64,000 nt of DNA from Azolla caroliniana (taxonomy: Eukaryota; Plantae; Polypodiophyta), in NCBI GenBank assembly GCA_043228905.1, contig JBHGNT010000006.1, positions 1,426,001-1,490,000 on the forward strand. The letters run 5' to 3'. Of the stretch, positions 45,501 to 54,518 are shown in pieces. Under the pieces are notes generated by a model. That model had not been told where the DNA came from. It was given only the letters and a program-made list of their open reading frames with translations, and did not search any database. Position 1 is the stretch's first letter, and each line of letters opens with the position of its first letter. A program made the translations under genes and the position numbers.

Positions 45501-48500
45501 AGTTCCTATAGATATGCAATGGGAATTATGCATTGTATGAATTTATGTAAGTAAAGGTGCTGTCTCCTAATGTGTTGTTAGAGCCTGTGACTAGCACAAT
45601 TGGAGCAAACAAGGATGCCCACTATCACCCACCCTCTTCAGTCTCTATATAGATGAGCTGTCACATTACAGAGAGATTCTATGGTTCAAGATCATGCCTA
45701 GCAGGTATAACCATACAAACATTATTATATTTTTATGATATTGTGCTGATATCTGACACTCTAGAAAGATTGCAAAAACATGTAAACGCCTTAAAAGTAT
45801 TTTGTATGGATAAAGATTTGTTCGTAAACATAGATAAAACTAAAGTGATGTTTTTTAACACTACACAAGCATGGGTAACACGATCAGAACTAAAATTCTT
45901 CTTGGAAGAGGAAAAGGTGGCACACACAATCTTGCACTTACCCAAGAGTAACATTCAAAGGGCTTTGGTTCTGCTTATAGAGGCTGCTTTGGTCGATTCT
46001 GTCATGAATATGCAGCCCTTGGTGCTCTTGAAAGGCATTGTGCACATTTTCAATGCCAAGAGACATGGACTAAATTGTGGCTATTTTATACACTGGTCAC
46101 ACTAACTCTTCTCTGAGTAGAAACCTGGGGACTACGTTGTAATAAGACAAATAATTGGAAAGACTTAGAAATACCTTTAGTCTCAATAATTGCCTGTGTG
46201 ATATGACACAAAGCATCATTGCCCCATGATAATAGTCCGAGTAGAGATGGTGGCCGCCCCATGACAACAGCCAACACTGAGGCTCAGTTTATTCATGCAA
46301 ACAACGGAAGAGTCATGTCATTGGTTTGGGCATGATCTCGTTTCACCGGAATTGCAATAATGATTACTGATGGTGACATTATAAGTTTGAGCTCAAAATC
46401 GGAGCAGAGGTAATCAAAGAATAAAGGATATGTAGGTGGAATTTTCCTTTCTTCGTACAAGAGATATGTGCAGAAGAAGAGGAGAATTGTATGTCGAGAT
46501 ATCAGCAAAAGATATGGAAAGAGTACTTTGCAGATCCTTCTCTCTGGCATGATCATCATAGAAGCAAAGTAAGGGATATGAATGTGGGAGATATGATGAT
46601 GATGATGATGATATATAGACATCTTCAAGCATGAAAGAAGGATTATGATCATGAAGATATATTAATATCTACAAGAGAGAGATTATGATCATGATGATAT
46701 ATTAACATCTGAGAGAGGTCCTGTCGTTTTTCCATACAGTGTGGCTCTAGATCATCAGAATTTAGACACAAAATGAGCAATGAATCTTTGTGGACTAATG
46801 AACGATATACTCCCTTTTGGGTTTCGGAGGAGTTAACCAGAAGCATCGTCATGCCACATGATGACATATGTAATGGTGGTCAAAATGCTAAGGGTGATTC
46901 TGCTCTTTTGGCATTAATTAAAGCTTGTGCTAAGAGGAAGGACATTGAGAAAGGAACGATACTACATCAAAATCTCATGAAAAGAGGGTTACTTGAAAAT
47001 AACCCTTATCTGGCCAGCAGTTTGATCAGTATGTATGCCAAATGTGGAGTGCTCTCAAGAGCACAACATGTCCTTGAGGAGCTGTGCATCCGACACGTCG
47101 CCACTTGGAACGCATTAATCGCTGGTTATACCAGACATGGCTATGGTGATGAAGCAATGGAGTGTTTTGAACGTATGCATAGCGAGGGTGTTTCTCCTAA
47201 CACGGTTAGTTTCATTTGCATCTTGAAGGCATGTGGTGTCTCTGGAGCCATCCTCAAGGGCAAACAAATTCATGATAAGATTTTGCATAGAGGCTTCCTA
47301 GTGAATGATGTTGTGGTTGGCACTGCACTGGTTGACATGTATGCTAAATGTGGTGCCCTTTCAAAGGCATATCAAGTTCTAGAAGATCTTCCTTTCCGGA
47401 ATGTAGTCTCTTGGAATGCATTGATTGCAGGGTATACTCAACAAGGCCAAGGCAATGAAGCACTAAATTGTTTTGAACTGATGAAGAGTGAGGTCTCTCC
47501 AGATGCAGTCACATTTATTAGCATCTTGAAAGCATGTGGAAAAGTAAAAGATATAGACAAGGGTAAACAAATTCATGAGGATATTTTGCGTAGGGGATTG
47601 CTGGGGGAAGATATCGTACTTGGATGTGCTCTAGTGGGTATGTACACCAAATGTGGTGTGCTTGCAAAAGCACAAAAACTTCTTGAAGAATTTCCGATTC
47701 GAAACATAGTTTCTTGGTCTGCTCTCATTGCAGGATTTGCTGAACAAGGGCAAGGTAATGAAGCGCTAAACTGCTTTGAGAGGATGCAAAGTGAAGGCCT
47801 CTCTCCTGATGCTATCACCTTCATTTGTCTCCTGAAGGCATGTGGCAATACAGGAGCCATCGATAAGGGCAAACAAATTCATTATGAGATTGTGAGGAGG
47901 GGCTTATTGGAGAAAGACACAGTGCTTGGCACTGCCCTGGTGGATATGTATGTGAAATGTAGTATGCTCATGCAAGCACAACAAGTAATTGAGGAGCTTC
48001 CAGTTCGGGATGCTTTCTCTTGGTCAGCACTAATTGCAGGGTATGCCCAAGAAGGGCAGAGTAGAGAAGCATTGAACTGCTATGAACGGATGCAAAGAGA
48101 AGGTCTTGCCCCAGACAGTGTCACCTTCATTTGTATCTTGAAAGCTTGTGGTAGTGCAGGGATAATAGACATGGGAAAACGAATACATGAAGAGGTTGTG
48201 AGGTGGGGTTTCCTGGAGAACGATGTTGTGCTTGGGACTTCTTTAGTAGATATGTATGCCAAATGTGGTGCACTTGAGAAAGCGGAGAAAGTGCTTGAAG
48301 AACTACCCATACGAAATGTAGTCTCTTGGTCCGCCCTAATTGCTGGTTATTCACAACAAGGGCAAGGTCAGAAAGCTTTAAGTTGTTTTGAGAGGATGCA
48401 AGGTGAAGGACACCCTCCAAATGCAATCACATTTTTATCTGTTTTGAGTGCATGTAGTCACTGTGGACTAATGGATGAAGCTCAACTGCTTTTTGGGAAT

Positions 48501-50866
48501 ATGAATAGAAAATATGGCATTGTTCCGAACTCTGAGCATCATACTTGCATGGTAGTACTCTTTGGTTCTGCTGGATGCTTTGACAAGGCATTGTCTGTCA
48601 TCAAGGTGATGCCCTCCTCAGATTATCCTATAGTTTGGCTTGCTTTATTAGGTTCTTGTAGAAAATGGGGAAATTTGAAGCTTGGAATATTGACTTTTGA
48701 TCAAGCAGTACAAATAGATAATACTTGTGCTGCAGCTTATATTCTCATGGCTAATATATTTGGAGCTGCTGGCATGCAAGAGGATGCAGACAAAGTTGAA
48801 GCTATGAGACTGAAATATGCTGCTTCAGGAAGACAAGGAAATAGTTTGTGGGTTGACACAAGTGGAAAACTCCATTCTTTTTCCATTGGAGGTAATACTA
48901 AGCATTCCCAAAGTAAGGATATTCATGCTAAAATTGAAGCTGTTTCTCTGAAAATGTCACATGAAGGACATTCCCAAAGTGCATGGTGGATATTACAAAA
49001 CATTTTGGGTGTGGTATGTGGGCATAGTGATAAATTGGCTATTGCTTGTGCCCTCATAAATACAAAACTTGGTGAAGCAATATATATTGTGAACAATATG
49101 TGTCTCTGTAAGGATTGTCATGATGTTGTATCACTTATATCAAAGATAGAGAAGCGAAAGATTATGGTGAGGGATCTCAATCGCCTTCATATTTTTGAAG
49201 CTGGAAAATGTGTTTGTGGGGATTAATATGTGCTTTTTACAAGTGGCTTCAACCATCATGAAATGATTGATTCAGATCATCACATATAGAAGTGGCAAAG
49301 AATGCCATCGTATGCATGCAAATGTCATGGTGAATCACAAGTCATTCATCACACAAACACCAACAATATGTATATCTGTTGGGATTGTCATATTGCCTAT
49401 CACTCATACTGAAGATAACAAAATGAAGGATTATGATAAGATATCTCAATTGCTTTCATGTTGTTAAAGTTGGAAATTGTGTTAGTTGTTAATATGTAAT
49501 ATGCACTTGTTACAAGGGCTTTCAACCATCATGTAGTTGATTGATTGAGTCATCATATATAGAAGCTAAACGCAAAAAAATAACTGTAGACTTCTTAAAT
49601 ATCGATGATACTGATCTCAATGCATCAAGTGGCTTTAGGATTGGATGAATGGTGGTTAGGGAATGATCGATGCAGTGAATCTAGGGAATGATAAAGTATA
49701 CCGTGTGCATCTAGGTGCCTTTCATGGATCTTCACAATCTAGTGCCTGTATTCCGTGTATCCTGATACTTTCTGTTACTTTCATCATCGGCATTCCTTTG
49801 TTTGCTCAATGTTGACTCTGGTACATTGTCGGTGAAGATGTGGGTCTATGGAAGAATTTAGTTATCTGTTATTGCTAACATGTCCTCTGTGTTTAATAAA
49901 AGCAATAATATGTCCTGTGTGCTTAATAAAAGAGTTGATTCCCTATGCTTTAGCAGTTTGAGTAAGCCTTGGCCAAATCAACAGAGACCAACTTCTACAT
50001 CATCCATTGAATGGTGATGCACTCAGCAAAGAGTGTTGCATGCTTCTCTCTGATGTGTTTGTAGGTGGGCATCTACACTCTTGACTTCCCCTTGGTATGC
50101 AAAACTTGCAATGTTTGTTGACCCTTGGTATGCAAAATGCTTTCCCCGCATTGATCTCTAGTTGGTGGGAGGAAACTCTGAGTTGTCCTATTGATTTTTG
50201 AGCCCAATGGGGCATGTAGATGTTAATATGTATCGCGGTCTCAGTATAAATCCATCTTATAAGTAGCTCATGATATGAGCTTTGTAGTGGGACATCTGTA
50301 GAAATCCTTCAACAACTTTTCCCTGTGTCTCTGACGTTCTATCAAGATCAGCCCCAAGCACCGTTGGTCCTCATATTCCATTACCTTGCATGGTGGGCCA
50401 AAGCCTTGGTTAAAGAGTTAATAGTATCTCTCTCTTATTTCATACAAAACAATACAGTGGCAAACATAGTGTCCTTCATATTCTACTCCCTGATGACACA
50501 ATTGACAGATTCTTTCTTCCAGAGGTGTGTGTGCATATCTGCCTGCCTCAATCTCTTAAAAAATGTTGAATAGATATATATCCGTATAAGAGGGTCTTAT
50601 GATGAATCCATAGTTGCCCCATCACATTGTGCGACACAGGCAATAGATACATAGCCATATAAGAGGGCCTTATGATGAATCCATCATTCGATATGTGGAG
50701 AAAGTGTCTCATAGTGGGCCATATTCCTACCAAGAGATGTTGTGGGCCTGATCCATGTTAGAGAGAGAAAGAAAGATATATTAACGTCTTTTAAGAGGCC
50801 AAAATGGCCTATAAAACCAAACAAGAGATTACATTGAAAGTGTTGTCTTGTCTTTGAGAACAACAA

Positions 50867-50901
<35 letters not shown>

Positions 50902-51073
50902 TGTAGCTCAATTGGTAAGGTTGCCCAATGGAGACCAGGTGCTCATGGGTTCAACCCCTACATTCCATAGTGGCATCTAGTGAAATAAGAGATATCTATG
51001 GAGTAATAGAGGTGAGAAAATTGAGTTTCGACTTAGCACTAGGGTAAACGACTTAGCACTAGGGTAAGCTAAT

Positions 51074-51142
<69 letters not shown>

Positions 51143-52598
51143 AAGATGCAATCTCTTCACATTTTGGAGAACAACAAACCAAAATAAATATTACAAGATT
51201 ACTAAAATTACTTAAAGTACCAAATATTCCTGTAAAGAAAGAAATATGATTTTATTTTATTTTGGCAGGGTTTGAAAGATGGCCACAAGGTATGATATCC
51301 TTGAACTTAGTGATCTAGTGTTGTACTCTTAATGAAAGAAGACAAGGGGAGATTATTAAATACAGGACTATGTAAATTATACCAAAAGAAAGAGAAGAGC
51401 CGCTGAGAAAAGGGATTTGCTGAAGTGGAGATGTTGTGAAATACATTATGGGAACTTTGAAGAGGTATTTTTCTTCATATTCGTATTGTTAAAATTGTGT
51501 GTGTGTGTGTGTGTGTGGTTTCATGTCATGGATCCTTCTGTGCTCCTTTGCAGCTTTATTGGTCTTCTGGCATGTCACGCAAGAAAGGGGGACTTGGTCA
51601 CAGAAATTTTGAAGGGAATCGGCCTAATTATTTCGAAGGATATAGAAAGCAAAAGAGTATCATGCTTTCTGCTTGAGCCATGTCTACTTTATAATTTTCA
51701 AATTTTATATTTTCTTTATGCACGTGAAAATTTTGACTTTCGCCTTATTTAGTGTATAATCAGTTCCTCAGAAAGTTGAGGGAATGCTCTTAATTTATTC
51801 TCTCTATTCGTTAATGGAAAAAAATATCAACCCCCTATTCAACCATGGTTATGAAAACATTCCCTATTACTGGAGAGCACGCATTTGTATACAAACGAGA
51901 TGCATGGAAAATATAAAAAAAGCTTCCTAGGTGTGTCTTGGGTGGTGTACATTCTATAGAAATTTACAGTATAAATAAGAAGCGTTTAACAATGGCAGTT
52001 CTCACATTGTCAGGACAATCATTTCAAAGTAATAGTGCTCATGACATCTCATTTTATTTCCCTATCTAGCTTGTTCACGTGCATACTCCATAAGCCTCTT
52101 TTTTGTGGTATTAACTTTCTTCATTCTTAGCTCTATAATTGCTATTATGCTGTTATGCAATAACCTTGTCTTAAATATTGTGCACACTAGTCGAGTGCGA
52201 ATCATTGATTCAAATTGTGCTATTTATTTTTCACATTTAGGAACAAATCCTGAGGCTCCTCGGAAGGGTTCGAAGAAATCATTCCATGAATTTTGGTCAA
52301 GGGAGAGCTTTAGTCAATTCTGGGGTGGTTTCTTTGAAGATTTTAGATTTGCATATGATGTTCCTTTCCCAGAGGGTAGAAAACGGGCTACTGGGGCATC
52401 CTCACCTCGAACTGGATTCTCTGATGACAAGAAAGTAACTAAAGAAGCTCCGACGATAGGGTCACCATCAGATAGAAAGATCCTTGGACTACCTCCATCT
52501 GGTTCTCTAACAATTGAGGAGTTAAAAAAAGCGTAAGTGTTTTGTTTTACTTTTTACGTACTCTTTGTATTGTTTCATTTTCTTGATTATCATCGATG

Positions 52599-52636
<38 letters not shown>

Positions 52637-53224
52637 AAATTAAGTTTTAATCTTCATAAATATTCAGGTTCCGTGCATCTGCATTGAAATGGCACCCTGA
52701 TCGACATGAAGATGTTGCGAAGGTCAGTAGTGATTACATGTTGCTTTACCTATATTTGGATCAAAACTTCGTACTGAAAACTAGGTATTTTTATATATAA
52801 CATATAAAGAATCAATTTTTAAATGTTTAGAATTTTATTTGGATAAAATTTTGTACTCATTTATGTAGCATATGAAAAATGTTTTTTTGCAACTCTGAAG
52901 CGATTTTTGTAAATATTTTTTCAATCCTTGCTTGGTGAAGATAATAGTCCAGGTGTCATAATTTATCCAAATCAAATTTTTGTACTCATTTGTGGTGCAT
53001 ATATAAAATGATTCTTTCTCACACATGCATCCCCCCTTGTAGGTTTCGTGTTAGGTTTTGGCTTTGACATTGGCCCATGTTGTCTTAGCATACCTAACAT
53101 ATTGACACTCACACACTGAAATAATACATATATATAACATTTGCAGGCGAATGCTGAGGCAAGATTCAAGGATTGCGGGGCAGCATATAAGTCACTGCTA
53201 CTTGCATTAGCCAAATATGGTTAG
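36537..53224 (+). CDS. C-terminal J-domain (DnaJ) protein, probably mitochondrial. Exons 36537-36662, 51269-51289, 51366-51464, 51554-51656, 52241-52532, 52668-52722, 53147-53224
   Basis: Exon 1 MIASLGVSS...ASFHATSICHDKRANKFGS|gtaag is presequence-like (FHxT motif). The downstream GT-AG exons are phase-consistent and give IGSPSDRKILGLPPSGSLTIEELKKA|FRASALKWHPDRH..|AEARFKDCGAAYKSL (HPD J-domain). Joining exon 1 across 14.6 kb is inferred. Confidence 0.8.
37194..37450. repeat. Direct duplication, ~100 bp x2
   Basis: ggattttctctggtagga.ctggt.aactgtct.ttg.agttg.ttga.tca.tcttcct...gccatg.ggacagatgtaaccta at ~37197 and ~37356. Confidence 0.75.
37732..39702 (-). pseudogene. Inverted, internally deleted pseudocopy of the PPR-DYW gene
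   Basis: Reverse complement aligns with 46269-47033 and 48322-49556 (DYPILLALLSSCRKWGNL, CGHSDNLAI, WKEYFADPSLWHHHRRSK); ~1.3 kb of PPR repeats deleted near 38930; frameshifts and stops. Confidence 0.93.
41056..41660 (-). mobile_element. Ty3/Gypsy pol fragment (pre-RT region)
   Basis: EINL...IAKDL...FTWSYEDMQGLDPQFYRHQIYL...YNMNPNYA matches the FAWSY.DLKG.DP..C.H.I...RMNPNYA region just upstream of Gypsy RT. Confidence 0.75.
42400..42940 (+). mobile_element. LINE ORF1-like remnant
   Basis: SAWRV...ALIIRFMDMEKKKAFLS...IYLDDAL.PAQL resembles the RRM/CTD of non-LTR ORF1. Confidence 0.5.
43330..44525 (-). mobile_element. RTE/L2-like LINE 3' half (RT C-terminus and zinc finger)
   Basis: NADDVILFS, FKYLGIDV, LLYGVEVWG, IEKIQKMFLRRQL, LRTQSHKLGIE, CKVC...EDECHLLFTC. 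Confidence 0.85.
44700..46265 (+). mobile_element. RTE/L2-like LINE RT remnant
   Basis: IVPIFKSGDP..SFRTIMIG, QAGFWKGFTTLDHILTLRALIE, KQGCPLSPTLFSLYIDE, LLYFYDIVL, VNIDKTKVMFF; frameshifted. Confidence 0.85.
46491..49226 (+). CDS. PLS-class PPR protein with N-terminal OSB/PDF-like motif, 17 PPR motifs, E1-E2 and a variant DYW domain; exons (46491)-46568 and 46740-49226; 5' start uncertain
   Basis: 817-aa open frame with regular L-S-P triplets, P2-L2-S2, E1/E2 and DYW (CGHSDKLAIACALINT..CKDCH..RDLNRLHIF..CVCGD*). The upstream phase-0 GT-AG intron 46569-46739 joins WKEYFADPSLWHDHHRSK in frame. Confidence 0.9.
49360..49556 (+). repeat. Degenerate tandem copy of the DYW C-terminal coding end and 3' flank
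   Basis: aacaatatgtatatctgttgggattgtcat...atatctcaattgctttcat...gttaatatg parallels 49091-49260. Confidence 0.75.
49990..50560 (-). mobile_element. RTE/L2-like LINE 3' fragment
   Basis: IGQLRVSSHQLEINAG...CKFC motif, same family style as 43330-44525. Confidence 0.65.
50899..51076 (+). mobile_element. tRNA-derived SINE-like element inserted in a (GA)n microsatellite
   Basis: A-box TAGCTCAATTGGT, B-box GGTTCAACCCC, complementary ends GGATGTAG/CTACATTCC; tail with cgacttagcactagggtaa x2; (GA)n on both sides. Confidence 0.6.
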
Positions 53225-54182
53225 GGACAATTGTTAAGTTCCTAACAGTACTAACACATTTTTCTTGAATATTGAAGAACCGAGAAATCTCTTTCTTTTG
53301 TTAATATGCAAATTATATGAAAATTGTGTGCACTGCATGTTATATACAAGCCAGAGCAATAATTGAAAAGCTCTCATGATTTCATGGATTTTTAATGAAA
53401 TATATCCATTCTTCAGATGCTTGATAGGCTACTCACTTGGTGAGGCCGAATGAATCATTTGTAATATCCATTGAAAATAAATTAAGATTACGTTCTTTAG
53501 ATTCCTTTGAGAATAAAGGAAAGGAATATTTACTGCTCAAAATTACTCTTTTAAAACTGGGAACAATTATGAGCAACATTCTTATTGATATCTAGGTTTT
53601 TATCTTTCATTTAGGTGAAAATTTTTGTTTTTGTTTTTGCATCATCAAAAGAGGTTTTCTGAATCAATAAAGTTGTAGTGAGTTCACGTTGACAGATATT
53701 GTCTCTGGTAAATTTCAAAGTGTTTTGAAGGAAATTAAGAAGTTAACTTCGTTTTAAAAATGTTCTTGGGGTCCAATTAAACTTTTCTTTTTACGTATTA
53801 TTGCATCTTGTTATGTGATAGTTTTTAGAAAAATGCATTGGTTCGATTGCTAGATATGCATATAAAGTGACATTCACAAAGATTATGTGTCAATACAAAC
53901 ATTCTTTTACATATGAGAGTAGCTTACAATGGTATTCTTCATGTGTGTTCACACTTTAGAGCTTAGATAGGATCTAGATTAGTTCGACTACAGAGCTAGT
54001 TGACATAGATGATAGTTGCAACAATTAAATGTGAGAAAGAGGGTAGGTATTTATGTTTTGTGTTTGGTCTTATTGTCACCTTAAATGTGCAAGTCAATTG
54101 AAGGTAGTGGGGATATTCTTTTTTCGTCAATCAACTTCTCATTTAATATGGTCTACCTCCTTAGGTACAAGCTAGTGCTAGA

Positions 54183-54518
54183 TTGTACTCATCTTAAAGT
54201 CAATGACACATACTACATTTAACTTGCCAATAGAGAGTATTCTTCTAGTCGACATGTTTAGTCAATCCCCGTGCCATATCTCCCTCTTTCCTAAATACAT
54301 TCTATTCGACTCATCTATGGGTTTTCAGATTGATACCTCTTTGATCCATATTTGTACTCATCTTAGCATCAATGACACATAAATCTTAACTTGCCAATAG
54401 AGAGTATTCTTCTAGTTGACATGTCTAGTCAATCCCCTTGCCATATTTCCCTCTTTCCTAAATACATTCTATCCAACTCGTCTATTGGTTTTCGCATTGA
54501 TACCTCTTTGATCCATAT
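54183..54518. repeat. Tandem duplication, ~170 bp x2
   Basis: ttgtactcatctta...ttgccaatagagagtattcttctagt...gatacctctttgatccatat occurs twice. Confidence 0.85.

Noticed and set aside
48830-49226. DYW:KP (U-to-C) editing domain
   Set aside because: No KPAxAxIEV box or KP-type active site and C-terminus; it looks closer to the WW-type lineage.
50899-50966. Functional tRNA gene
   Set aside because: A and B boxes are present, but I could not fold a proper anticodon arm or cloverleaf; the context suggests a SINE.
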